A program made the position numbers and the translations under genes. A stretch of DNA of 64,000 nt from the human T2T-CHM13v2.0 reference genome, Homo sapiens. The stretch's first letter is position 1. Each line of letters starts with the position of its first letter. Location of the stretch: the NCBI RefSeq assembly GCF_009914755.1, contig NC_060933.1; one strand, given 5' to 3'. Below, piece by piece: positions 1 through 13,334 of the stretch. The notes below the pieces were generated by a model. The model did not search any database. It saw only the letters and a program-made list of their open reading frames with translations, and was not told where the DNA came from.

Positions 1-3000
1 GCAGGTGGACATTTGGAACGCTTTGCAGCCTATGTTAGAAAAAAGAAATATCTTCATATAAAATCTAGACAGAAGCAATCTGAGAAACTTCCTTGTGATG
101 TGTCCTTTCATCTCACAGAGTTGCAACTTTCTTTTCATTGAGCAGTTTGGAGACCCTCTTTTTGTGGAATCGGCAAGTGGAAATTTGGAGCGCTTTGCGA
201 CTATGGTAGAACAGGAAATGTCTTCACATAAAATCTAGACAGAAGCAATCTGAGAAACTTCTTTCTGATGTGTGCATTCATCTCACAGAGTTAAATCTTT
301 CTTTTTTGAGCAGTTTTGAAACTCTCTTTTTGTAGAATCTGCAAGTTGACATTTGGAGTGCATTGAGGCCTACGGTGGAAAAAGAAATATCTTCACATAA
401 AATCTAGAGAGAAGCAATCTGAGAAACTTCTATGTTGGAAAAGGAAACATCTTCACGTAACAACTAGACAGAAGAATTCTGAGAAACTTCTTTGGATGTT
501 TGGGTTCATCTCACAGAGTTGAACCTTTCTTTTGATTGAGCAGTTTGAAAACACTCTTTTTGTAGTATCTGTAAGTGGACATTTGGAACGCTTTGCAGCC
601 TATGGTAGAAAAGGGAATATATTCACATAAAATCTAGACAGAAGCAATCTGAGAAAATTCTTTGCAATGGGTGCATTCATTCAACAGAGCTGTACCTTTC
701 CTTTGATGGACCAGTTTTGAAATACTCTTTTTGTGGAATATGCATGTGGACATTTCGAGCGCCTTGAGGCCTAGGGTGGAAAATGAAATATCTTCACATA
801 AAAGCTAGACAGAAGAATTCTGAGAAACTTCTTTGAAATGTGTGCGTTCATCTCACAGAGTTGAACTTTTCTTTTGATTGAGCAGTTTGGAAAATTTTTT
901 TTTTGTAGAATCTGCAAGTGGATATGTTGAGCACTTTGTGGCCTATAGTAGAAAAGGAAATATCTTCACATAAAATCTAGACAGAAGCAATCTTAGAAAC
1001 TTCTTTGTTATGTGTGTACTCATCTCAAAGAGGTAAACCTTTCTTTTGATTGAGCAGTTTTGAAACTCTCTTTTTGTAGAATCTGCAAGTGGACAGTTGG
1101 AGCACTTTGAGGCCTACGCTGGAAAAGGAAATATCTTCAGATAAAATCTAGAAAGATGAAATTTGAGAAACTTCTTTGTGACGTGTGCATTTATCTCACA
1201 GAATTAAACATTTTTTGAGCGATTTTGAAAGTCTCTTTTTGGAGAATCTGCAAGTTGACATTTGGAGGCCTTTGAAGCCTATGTTGGAAAAGGCAATTAT
1301 CTTCACATAAAAACCAGACCGAAGAATTCTGAGAACCTTCCTTGTGATGCGTGCCTCCATCTTGCAGTGTTGAATCATTCTTTTCATTGAGCAGTATGGA
1401 AATACTGTTTTTGAAGGATCTGCAAGTGGATATTTAGAGCTCTTTGCAGCCTATGTTAGAATAGAAAATGTCTTCACATAAAATCTAAACAGAAGCAATC
1501 TGAGATACTTCTTTGTGATGTGTCCTTTCATCTCACAGAGTTAAAACTTTCTTTTGATTGAGCAGTTTTCAATCTCTCTTTTTGTAGAATCTGCAAGTGG
1601 ACATTTGGAGCACTTTGAGGCCTGTGGTGGAAAAGGAAATATCTTCACATAAAAACTAGACAGAAGCAATCTGAGAAACTTCTTTGTGATGTGTGCATTC
1701 ATTTCACAGAGTAAAACCTTTCTTTTGATGGAGCAGTTTTGAAACTCTCTTTTTGTAGAATCTGCAAATAGACATTTGGAGTTCTTTGAGGCCTATGGTG
1801 GAAAAGGAAATATCTTCACATAAAAACTAGACAGAAGCATTTTGAGAAACTTCTTTCTGATTTGTGCGTTCATCTCACAGAGGTGAATTTTTGTTTGGAT
1901 TGAGCTGTCTGAAAACACTCTTTCTGTAGAATGTGCAAGTGGATATTTGGAGCGCTTCGAGGCCTATGGTAGAAAAAAGAAATATCTTCACATAAAATCT
2001 AGACAGAAGCAATCTGAGAAACTTCTTTGTGATGTGTGCATTAATTTCACAGAGTTGATCCTTTCTATTGATTGAGCAGTTTGGAAACACTCTATTTATA
2101 GAATCGGCAAGTGGAAATTAGGAGCGCTTTGCAGCCTATTGTAGAACAGGGAATATCTTCATATAAAATCTAGACAGAAGCAATCTGAGAAACTTCTTTC
2201 TGATGTGTGCATTCATCTCACAGAGTTAAATCTTTCTTTTTTTAGAGCAGTTTTGAAAATCTCTTTTTGTTGAATCTGCAAGTTGACATTTGGAGCGCTT
2301 TGAGGCCTATGGTGGAAAAGGAAATATCTTCATATAAAAACTAGACAGAAGAATTCTGAGAAACTTCTTTGTGATGTGTGCATTCCTCTCACAGAGTTGA
2401 ACCTTTCTTTTGATTGAGCAGTTTGGAAACACTCTTTTTGTAGAATCTGCAAGTGGACATTTGGTGCACTTTGCGGCCTATGGTAGAAAAGGAAATATCT
2501 TCACATTAAATCTAGACAGAAGCAATCTGAGAAACTTCTTTTTGATGTGTGCATTTATCTCACAGAGTTAAAACTTTCCTTTGATTGAGTAGTTCTGAAT
2601 CTCTCTTTTTGTTGAATCTGAAATTGGGCATTTGGAGCTCTTTCAGGCCCTTGGTGGAAAAGGAAATATCTTCACATAAAAACTAGACAGAAGAATTCTG
2701 AGAAACTTCTTTGTGATGTGTGCGTTCATCTCACAGAGTTGAACCTTTCTTTTTATTGAGCCGTTTGAAAACACTGTTTTTGTAGAATCTGCAAGTGGAC
2801 ATTTGGAGCACTTTGCAGCCAATGGTAAAAAAGGAAATATCTTGACATAAAATCTACACAGAAGCAATCTGGGAAACTTCTTTGTGATGTGCACGCTCTT
2901 CTCACAGAGTTAAACCTTTCTTTTGATTGAGCAGTTTTGAAACTCTCTTTTTGTAGATTCTGCAAGTGAACATTTGGAGCGGTTTGAGACCTATGGTGGA

Positions 3001-6000
3001 AAAGGAAATATATTCACATAAAAACTAGATAGAATCAATATGAGAAACTACTTTCTGATATGTGCGTTCATCTCCCAGATTTGAACCTTTCTTTTGATGG
3101 GCCAGTTATTTATTGCTCTTTTTGTGGAATCTGCAAGTGGACATTTCAAGCCCCTTGAGGCCTGCCGTGGAAAATGAAATACATTCACATAAAAACTAGA
3201 CAGAAGAAATCTGAGAAACATCTATGTGACGTGTGCGTTCATCTCACAGAGTTAAACTTTTTTTGATCGATCAGTTTGGAAACACACTTTTTGAACAATC
3301 TGCAAGTGGACATTTGAAGCTCTTTGAGAACTGTGGTGGAAAAGGAAATATCTTCACATAAAAACTAGACAGAAGAATACTGTGAAATCACTTTGTGATG
3401 CGTGCGTTCATCACACAGAGTTGAAAGTTTCCTTTCATTGGGCTGTTTGGAAATACTCTTTTTGTAGAATCTACATGTGGACAATTTTAGCGCTTTGCGG
3501 CCTATGGTAGAAAAGGAAATATCTTCACATAAAATCTAGACGGAAGCAATCTGACAAACTTCTTTGTGATGTGTGCATTCATCTCACAGAGTTAAACCTT
3601 TCTTTTTATTGAGCAGTTTTGAAACTCTCTTTTTGTAGTATCTGCAAGTGGACATTTGGAGCCCTTTTAGGCCTGTGGTAGAAAAGAAAATCTCTTCACA
3701 TAAAAACTAGACAGAAGAATTCTGAAAAACTTCTTTGTGATGCGTGCTTTCATCTCCCATAGTTGAAACTTTCTTTTGATACAGCAGGTTGGAAACACTC
3801 TTTTATAGAATCTGCAAGTGCACATTTGGAGTGCTTTGCGGCCTGTAGTAGAAAAGGAAATATCTTCACATAAAGTCTAGACAGAAGAAATCTGAGAAAC
3901 TTCTTTGTGATGTGTGCATTCATCTCATGGAGTCAAACTGTTCTTTTGATTGAGCAGTCTTGAAGCTCTCCTTTTGTAGAATCCGCAAGTGGATATTTGG
4001 AACTCTTTGAGGCCAACAGTGGAAAGGAAATATCTGCACATAAAAACTAGACAGAAGAATTCTGAGAAACTACTTTGGGACGTGTGCATTCATCTCACAG
4101 ATTTGAACCTATCTTTTGATTGAACAGTTTGGAGACACTCTTTCTGTAGAATATGCAAGTGGACATTTGGAGAACTTTGTGGCATGTGGTGGAAAAGGAA
4201 ATATCTTCACATAAAATCTAGACAGAAGCCATCTGAGAAACTTCTTTGTGATGTGTGCATTCATCTCACAGAGTTAAACCTTTCTTTTGATTGAGCAGTT
4301 TGGAAACACTCTTTTTGTAGAATCTCAAAGCGGACATTTGGAGCACTTAGAGGCCTATGGTGGAAAAGGAAATATCTTCACATAAAAACTAGACGGAAGA
4401 ATTCTGATAATCTTCTTTGTGATGTGTGCATTCATCTCACAAAGCTGAAATTTTCTTTTGATTGAGCAGTTTGGAAACACTCTTTTTGTAGAATCTGCAA
4501 GTGGACATTTGCAACTCTTTGCGGCCTACGGTTGAAACAGAAATATCTTCACATAAAATCTAGACAGAAACAATCTGAGAAACTTCTTTGTGATGTGTGC
4601 ATTCATCTCACAGAGTTAAACCTTTCTTTGGATTGAGCGGTTTTGAAACTCTCTTTTCGTAGAATCTGCAAGTGGACATTTGGAGTGCTTTGAGGCCTAT
4701 GGTGGAAAAGGTAATATCTTCACATAAAAACTAGACAGAATAATTCTGACAAACTTCTTGGGAATGTGTGCGTTCATCTCACAGACTTGAACCTTTCTTT
4801 TGATTGAGGAGTTTGGAAACACTCTTTTTTGTAGAATCTGCAAATGGACATTTGAAGCGCTTTGCGACCTATGGTAGAAAAAGTAATACCTTCACATAAA
4901 ATCTAGAGAGAAGAAATCGGAGAAACTTCTTAGTGATGGGTGCATTCATCTCACAGAGTTTAAACTTTCTTTTGATTCAGCAGTTTTGAAACTCTCTTTT
5001 TGTAGAATCTGCAAGTGGACATTTGGAACACTTGAGGCTTATGGTGGAAAAGGAAATATCTTCACATAAAAACTAGAAAGAAGAATTCTGACAAACTTCT
5101 TTGTGATGTGTGCGTTCTTCTCACAGAGTGGAACTGTTCTTTCGATTGAGCAGTTTGGTACCACTCTTTCTTGTAGAGTCTGCAAGTGGACATTTGGAGC
5201 GCTTTGCAGTCTATGGTAGAAAAGTAAATATCTTCACATATAATCTAGACAGAAGCAATATGAGAAACTTGTTTGTGATATATGCATTCATCTCACAGAG
5301 AGCACCCTTTCTTTTGATTGAGCAGTTTTGAAACTCTCTTTTTGTAGAATCTGCAAGCGGACATTTAGAGTGTCTTGAGGCCTATGGTGGAACAGGAAAT
5401 ATCTTCACATAAAAATTAGACAGAAGAATTCTGAGAAACTTCTTTGTGATGAGTGTGTTAATCTCACAGAGTTGAACGTTTCTTTTGATTGAGTAGTTTG
5501 GAAAACTCTTTTTGTAGAATCTGCAAGTGGACATTTGGAACTCTTGGCAGCCAATAGTAGAAAAGGAAATATCTTCACCTAAAATCTAGACAGAAGCAAT
5601 CTGAGAAACTTTTGTGATGTGTGCATTAATCTCACAGAGTTAAACCTTTCTTTTGATTGAGCAGATTGGAAACTTTTTGTAGAATCTGCAAGTGGACATT
5701 TGGCAGCGCTTTGAGGCCTATGGTGGAAAAGGAAATATCTTCACATAAAAAGTAGATAGAAGCATTCTGAGAAAGTTCTCTGTGATGTCTGCATTCATCT
5801 CCTGGAGTTCCAACTTTCTTTAGGAGAACCAGTTTTCAAATACTCTTTTTGGAGAATCTGCAAGGGGACATTTCAAGCACCTTGAGGCTTAAGTTGGAAA
5901 AGGAAATATCTTCACACACAAAAAGAAGAATTCTGAGAATCTTTTTTATGATGTGTACGTTCATCTAACAGAGTTGAACCTTTCTTTTGATTGTGTAGTT

Positions 6001-6200
6001 TGGAAACACCCTTTTTGTAGAATCGGCAAGTGGACATTTGGAGCGCTTTGTGGCCTATGATAGAAAAGGAAATATCTTCACATAAAATCTAGAAGGAAGC
6101 AATCTGAGAAACTCCTTTGTGATGTGTTCATTCATCTCACAGAGTTGAAACTTTCTTTTGATTGAGCAGTTTTTAAACACTCTCTTCGTGGAATCTGCAA
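1..6200 (+). repeat. Alpha satellite layer 1: no CENP-B boxes, partly dimeric (aaatctagacagaagcaatctg / aaaactagacagaagaattctg)
   Basis: gtggacatttg predominates; the two monomer signatures alternate regularly from ~3360 to ~5600. Right boundary approximate. Confidence 0.75.
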
Positions 6201-9200
6201 GTGGATATTTGGAGCCCTTTGAGGCCTATTGTGGAAAAGGAAATTTCTTCACATAAAAACTACTCAGAAGCATTCTGAGAAACACCATTGTGATGTTTGC
6301 ATTCAACTCACAGAGTTGAAACTACGTTTTGATTGAGCAGTTTTGAATCTCTCTTTTTGCAGAAACTACAAGTGTATGTTTGGAAAGCTTTGAGGCCTAT
6401 TGTGGAAAAGGAAATATCTTCACATAAAAACTACACAGAAGCATTCTGAGAAACTACTTTGTGAGGTGTGCATTCAACTCACAGAGTTGAAATTATCTTC
6501 TCTTTGAGGAGTTTTCAATCTCTCTTTTTGTAGAATCTGCAAGTGGATATTTGAAGACCTTTGCGCCCTATGGTGGAAAAGGAAATATCTTGAAATAAAA
6601 ACTACACAGAAGCATTCAGAGAAACTTCTTCATGATATGTGCATTCAACTCACAGAGTTGAACCTATCTTTTGATTGAGCAGTTTTGAATCTCTCTGTTT
6701 GCACAATCTGAAGGTGGATATTTTGAGCGCTTTGAGGCCTACAGTGGAAAAGCAAATATCTTCACATAAAAACTATGCAGAAGCATTGTGAGAAACTACT
6801 TTGTGAGGTGTGCATTCAACTCACAGAGTTGAACTTATCTTCTCATTGAGCAGTTTTGAATTTATCTTTTGGTAGAATCTTCAAGTGGATATTTGGAGCC
6901 CTTTGCGCCCTATGGTGGAAAAGGAAATATCTTCAAATAAAAACTACACAGAATCACTCAGAGAAACTGCTTTGTGATGTGTGCATTCATCTCACAGGGT
7001 TGAACCTAGCTTATGATTGAGCAGTTTTGAAACACTCTTTTTGTAGGATCTTCAAGTGGATATTTGGAGCGCTTTGAGGCCTACAGTGGAAAACCAAATA
7101 TCTTCAAATAAGAACTACACAGAAGCATTCTGAGAAACTTCTTTGTGATGTGTGCATTCATCTCACAGAGTTGAAACTTTCTTTTGATTGAGCAGTTTTG
7201 AAACATTCTTTCTGTTGAATCTGCAAGTGGATATTTGGAGCCCTCTGCAGCTTATGGTGGAAAAGGAAATATCTTCAAATAAAAACTACACAGAAGCATT
7301 CTCAGAAACTTCTTCATGATGTATGCGTTCAACTCACAGAGTTGAACCTATCTTTTGATTGAACAGTTTTGAATCTCTCTTTTTGTAGAATCTGCAAGTG
7401 GATATTTGGAGTGCTGTGAGGCCTACTGTGGAAAATCAAATATGTTCACATAAAAACTACAGAGAAGCATTCTGAGAAACTTCTTTGGCTGTGTGCATTC
7501 AACTCACAGAGTTCAACCCGTCTTTCAATTAGCAGTTTTGAATCTCTCTTTTTGCAGAATCTGCAAGTGGATGTTGGGAGAGCTTTGAGGCCTATGGTGG
7601 AAAAGGAAATAGCTTCACATAAAAACTACACAGAAGCATTCTGAGAAACTTCTTTGTGATGTGTGCATTCATCTCACAGAGTTGAACCTTTCTTTTGATT
7701 GAGCAGTTTTGAAACACTCTTTTTGTAGAATCTGCAAGTGGATATTTGGAGAACTTTGAGGCCTATTGTGGAAAAGGAAATATCTTCACATAAAAACTAC
7801 TCAGAAGCACTCTGAGAAACTTCTTTGTGATATGGGCATTCAACTCACAGAGTTGAACCTATCTTTTGATTGAGCAACTTAGAGTCACTCTTTTTCTAGA
7901 ATCTGCAAGTGGATATTTGGAGCCCTTTGCACCCTATGGTTGAAAAGGAAATATCTTCAATAAAAACTACACAGAAGGATTCTAAGAAACTTCTTCGTGA
8001 TGTGTGCATTCAACTGAATGAGTTGAACTTATCTTCTCATTGAGTAGTTTTCAATCTCTGTTTTGTAGAATCTGGAAGTGGATGTTTGGAGCCCTTTCAC
8101 CGTATTGTGGAAAAGGAAATATCTGCAAATAAAACTACACAGAATCATTCAGAGAAACTTCTTTGTGATGTATACATTCAACTCACAGAGTTGATCCTAT
8201 CTTTTGATTGAGCAGTTTTGAATCCCTCTTTTTGCAGATTCTGCAGGTGGATATTTGGAGCCTTTTGAGGCTTACTGTGGAAAATCAAATATGTTCACAT
8301 AAGAACTACACAGAAAGATTCTGAGAAACTTCTTTGCGATGTGTGCATTCAAGTCACAGAGTTGAACCTATCTTTTGATTGAGCAGTTTTGAATCTCTCT
8401 TTTTGCAGAACCTGTATGTGGATGTTTGGAGAGATTGGAGGCCTATTGTGGAAAAGGAAATATCTTCACATAAAAACTACACAGAAGCATTCTGAGAAAC
8501 TTCCTTGTGAGGTATGCATTCAACTCACAGAGTTGATCTTATCTTCTCATTGAGCAGTTTTGAATCTCTCTTTTTGTAGAATCTGCAAGTGGATATTTGG
8601 AGCCCTTTGAACCCTGTGGTGCAAAAGGAAATATCTTGAAATAAAAACTACAAAGAAGCATTCAGACAAACTTCTTTGTGATGTATGCATTCAACTCACA
8701 GAGTTGAACATATCTTTTGATTGAGCAGTTTTGAATCTCTCTTTTTGCAAAATCTGCAGGTGGATATTTGGAGCCCTTTGAGGCCTACTGGGGAAAAGCA
8801 AATATCTTCACATAAAAATTACACAGAAGTATTCTGAGAAACTACTTCGTGACGTGTGCATTCATCTCACAGGGTTGAATCTATCTCATGATTGAGCAGT
8901 TTTGAAACACTCTTTTTGTAGAATATGGAAGTGGATATTTGGAGCCCATTGAGGCCTATAGTGCAAAGGAAATATCTTCACATAAAAACAACACAGAAGG
9001 ATTCTGAGAAACTTCTTTGTGATGTGTGCATTCATCTCACTGAGTTGAATCTTTCTTTTCATTGCGCAGTTTTGAAACACCGTTTTTGTAGAATCTGCAA
9101 GTGGATATTTGGAGAACTTTGCCGCCTATTGTGGAAAAGGAAACATCTTCACATAAAAACTACTCAGAAGCATTCTGAGAAACTTCTTTGTGATGTGGGC

Positions 9201-9741
9201 ATTCAACTCACAGAGTTGAACCTATCTTTTGATTGAGCAGTTTAGAGTCTCTCTTTTCTATAATCTGCAAGTGGATATTTGGAGCCCTTTGCACCCTATG
9301 GTGGAAAAGGAAATATCTTCAATAAAAACTACACAGAAGCATTCTAAGAAACTTCTTCGTGATGTGTACAGTCAACTCACTGAGTTGAACTTATCTTCTC
9401 AATGAGCAGTTTTGAATCTCTGTTTTTGTAGATTCTGCAAGTGGATATTTAGAGCCCTTTGTGCCCTATCGTGGAAAAGGAATTATCTTCAAATAGAACT
9501 ACACAGAACCATTCAGAGAAACTTCTTTCTGATGTATGCATTCCACTCACAGAGTTGAACCTATCTTTTGATTGAGCAGTTTTGAATACCTCTTTTTGCA
9601 GAATCTGCAGGTGGATATTTGGAGCATTTTGAGGCCTGCTGTGCAAAATCAAATATGTTCACATAAAAACTACACAGAAAGATTCTGAGAAACTTCTTTG
9701 TGATGTGTGCATTCAACTCACAGAGTTGAACCTATCTTTTG
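6201..9741 (+). repeat. Alpha satellite layer 2: no CENP-B boxes (aaaactacacagaagcattc, gtggatatttg, gaacctatcttttg)
   Basis: Diagnostic words change at ~6200-6260; internal paralogy at an offset of ~1363 bp. Confidence 0.75.
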
Positions 9742-9920
9742 GTTGAACCTATCTTTTGAAAACGAAATGTCTTCCCATAAAAAGTGGACAGAAGCACTCC
9801 CAGAAACTAGTTTGTGATGTGTGTACTCAACTGACAGATTTGAACCTTTGTTTTGATAGAGCAGTTTTGAAACACTCTTTTTGTAGAATCTGCAAGTGCA
9901 TATTTGGATAGCTTTGAGGA

Positions 9921-9937
9921 TTTCGTTGGAAACGGGA
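9921..9937 (+). promoter_or_regulatory. CENP-B box (intact)
   Basis: TTTCGTTGGAAACGGGA matches YTTCGTTGGAARCGGGA. Confidence 0.95.
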
Positions 9938-10262
9938 ATATCTTCATATAAAATCTAGACAGAAGCATTCTCAGAAACATCTTTAGGATGTTTGCATTCA
10001 AGTCACAGAGTTGAACATTCCAGTTCATAGAGCAGGTTTGAAACACTCTTTTTGTAGTATGTGGAAGTGGACGTTTTGATCACTTTGAGGCCTATGGTGA
10101 AAAAGCAAATATCTTCCCATAAAAACTAGACAGAAGCATTCTCATAAACTTGTTTGTGATGTGTGTACTCAACTCACAGAATTTAACCTTTCTTTTCATA
10201 CAGCAGTTTTGAAACACTCTTTTTGTAGAATCTGCAAGTGGATATTTGGATAGCTTTGAGGA

Positions 10263-10279
10263 TTTCGTTGGAAACGGGA
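10263..10279 (+). promoter_or_regulatory. CENP-B box (intact)
   Basis: TTTCGTTGGAAACGGGA. Confidence 0.95.
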
Positions 10280-10604
10280 ATATCTTCATATAAAATCTAG
10301 ACAGAAGTATACTCAGAAACATCTCTGTGATATTTGCATTTAAGTCACAGAGTTGAACATTATCTTTCATAGAGCAGGTTTGAAACACACTTTTTGTAGT
10401 ATGTGGAACTGGACATTTGGAGCGCTTTGTGGCCTATGGTGAAAAACAAAACATCTTCCCATAAAAACTACACAGAAGCATTCTCAGGAACAAGTTTGTG
10501 ATGTGTGTACTCAACTAATAGAGTTGAATCTTTCTTTTCATAGAGCAGTTTTGAAACACTCTTTTTGTAGAATCTGCAAGTCGATATTTGGATAGCTTTG
10601 AGGA

Positions 10605-10621
10605 TTTCGTTGGAAACGGGA
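10605..10621 (+). promoter_or_regulatory. CENP-B box (intact)
   Basis: TTTCGTTGGAAACGGGA. Confidence 0.95.
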
Positions 10622-11627
10622 GTATCTTCATATAAAATCTAGACAGAAGCATTCTCAGAAACATCTTTGGGATGTATGCGTTCAAGTCACAGAATTGAAC
10701 ATTCCCTTCCACAGAGCAGGTTTGAAACACTTTTTGTAGTATCTGGAAGAGGACATTTGGATCGCTTTGAGGCCTATGGTGAAAAAGGAAATATCTTCCC
10801 ATAAAAACTAGACAGAAGCATTCTCAGAAACTAGTTTGTGATGTGTGTACTCAAATAACAGAGTTGAACCTTTCTTATGATAGAGCAGTTTTGAAACACT
10901 CTTTTTGTAGAATCTGCAAGTGGATATTTGGATAGCTTTGAGGATTTCCTGGAAACAGGAATATCTTCCTATAAAATCTAGACAGAAGCATTCTCAGAAA
11001 CATGTCTGTGATGTTTGCATTCAAGTCACAGAGTTGAATATTCCCTTTCATAGAGCAGGTTTGACACACTCTTTTTGTAGTATCTGGAAGGGCACATTTG
11101 GAGAGGTTTGAGGCCTATGGTGAAAAAGGAAATATCTTCCCATAAACACTAGACAGAAGCATCCTCATAAACCAGTTTGTGATGTGTGTACTCAACTAAC
11201 AGAGTTGAACCTTTCATTTGAAAGAGCAGTTTTGAAACACTCTCTTTGTGGAATCTGCAAGTGAATATTTGGATAGCTTGGAGAGTTTCGTTGGAAACAG
11301 GAATATCTTCATATAAAATCTACACAGAAGCATTATCAGAAACTTCTTTGTGATCTTTGCATTCAAGTCACAGAGTGGAACATTCCCTTTCATAGAGCAG
11401 GTTTGAAACACTGATTTTGTAGTATCTGCAACTGGACATTTGGAGCGCTTTGTGGCCTATCGTGAAAAAGGAAATATCTTCCCATAAAAACTAGACAGAA
11501 ACATTCTCATAAACTTGTTTGTGATGTGTGTACTCAACTGACAGAGTTGAACCTTTCTTTTGATAGAGCAGTTTTGAAACACTCTTTTTGTAGAATCTGC
11601 AAGTGGATATTTGGATAGCTTTGAGGA

Positions 11628-11644
11628 TTTCGTTGGAAACGGGA
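11628..11644 (+). promoter_or_regulatory. CENP-B box (intact)
   Basis: TTTCGTTGGAAACGGGA; degenerate boxes lie in phase at ~10945 and 11286. Confidence 0.95.
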
Positions 11645-12615
11645 ATATCTTCCTATAAAATCTAGACAGAAGCATTCTCAGAAACATCTCTGTGATGTTT
11701 GCATTCAAGTCACAGAGTTGAACATTCCCTTTCATAGAGCAGGTTTGAAACACTGTTTTTGTAGTATCTGGAAGTGCACATTTGGAGCGCATTGAGGCCT
11801 AAGGTGAAAAAGGAAATATCTTCCCATAAAAACTAGACAGAAGCATTCTCAGAAACTTGTTTAGGATGTGTGTACTCAACTAGCAGAGTTGAAACTTTCT
11901 TTTGATAGAGCAAAACAGTAAATTGAAGTTTAAAATAATTGTAACAATTGCATCTTATATATCAGGTGAGATTTCATAGTTTGGTTCAAGTAGTTTTCAA
12001 GTCACAAATTTTCAAGTTTTTAACTTTTCAAGAGTTGTGCAAGTTCATCAGCCAGAAATCAAGCAAAAGGCTAGATAAGTAGCAGCAGGTGCAGGATTCT
12101 TGATATTGAAACTTTTAGGACTTTTCTCCTTCAGGATTCCAATGTTGTACATTTTATTTCCAGTATAACCCCTATGCATAGGATAAAGTAGTTTCACATG
12201 TTTGATTTTTCTAATTAGTTATTTGGGTCTCAAAATGTCCAGTTTATCAAAAAATCTTGTGCTGTGTCCTGGGGACCATCTACTATAGCCTCATCATTGA
12301 ATTTTTCAAGAACCTAAGGGGTTCCCTAAGTCCAAGGAAGACAATCAGTGTCTACAAGTCAGGAGGAGAAGGGGAAAGGGCATTCTAATCATTGCTTTGT
12401 TTTCATTGATTCTGTTGCTGCTTTCTTGCCATTGAAACTACTCTTGCAGTCTGGTAATGATTAACCTTTGCCACCAGGATGCCCTTTCTGTTTGAGATCC
12501 CTCAATCTTCATGTTGATTCATAAAAAGGCTTCAAAGTTACAACTATTTTTTTTAGTTCCCAGACTAACAAAAATAATCTAGCTTTTTGTCTTGACTACC
12601 AACCACTCTGGATTT

Positions 12616-12912
12616 TTTTTTTTTTTTTTTTGAGATGGAGTCTCGCCCTGTTGCCCAGGCTAGAGTGCAGTGGTGTGATCTTGGCTCACATAACCTCCAC
12701 CTCCCAGGTTCAAGCAATTCTCCTATCTCAGCCTCCGAAGTATCTGGGACTATAGGCACACACCACCACACCCGGCTAATTTTTGTATTTTCAGTAGAGA
12801 TGGGGTTTCACCATGTTGGTCATGCTGCTCTTTAACTCCTGACCTCAGGTGATCCATCTGCCTTGGCCTCCCAAAGTGCTAGGATTACAGGCATGAGCCA
12901 CCATGCCCGGCC
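12616..12912 (-). mobile_element. Alu (AluS-type), full length
   Basis: Poly-T, reverse Alu body ending gcccggcc; TSD cactctggattt at 12604-12615 and 12913-12924. Confidence 0.95.
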
Positions 12913-13109
12913 CACTCTGGATTTAAGGACAGTTCTTCCTTCAATCAGCAGCCAAAGAGTCCTGATTCCTGATTCTAATTAAGAAGTTTAACTTGGTATT
13001 CTATTTCTGATGGAAGGATGGCTGAAAGAAGGGAGACTCAAACAACAGATGAAGGCAAAATACTCTGTACTGAATTTTCAATGTAATCTTAAATTCTATG
13101 TTTAATTGA

Positions 13110-13334
<225 letters not shown>

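Larger units (their letters stand above)
1..11912 (+). repeat. Alpha satellite array (~171-bp monomers), diverged/layered
   Basis: Continuous ~171-bp period with alphoid motifs (gaaaaggaaatatcttcacataaaaactagacagaagcattctgagaaact; tgtagaatctgcaagtggatatttgg); ends abruptly at ...tttgatagagca (11912). Confidence 0.99.
9759..11912 (+). repeat. Alpha satellite layer 3: alternating A-box/B-box dimers (~342 bp), SF5 R1/R2-like
   Basis: Monomers with ctatggtgaaaaaggaaatatcttccc alternate with monomers carrying gatttcgttggaaacgggaatatc. Confidence 0.85.

Noticed and set aside
1196-11792. Short similar ORFs in alpha satellite
   Set aside because: Translations of the 171-bp repeat.
1-11912. Active centromeric HOR array
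   Set aside because: Repeated units are visibly diverged; only four intact CENP-B boxes in a 2-kb block.
11913-12600. Non-satellite segment at the alphoid junction
   Set aside because: No repeat family, exon or junction microhomology that I could support by eye.
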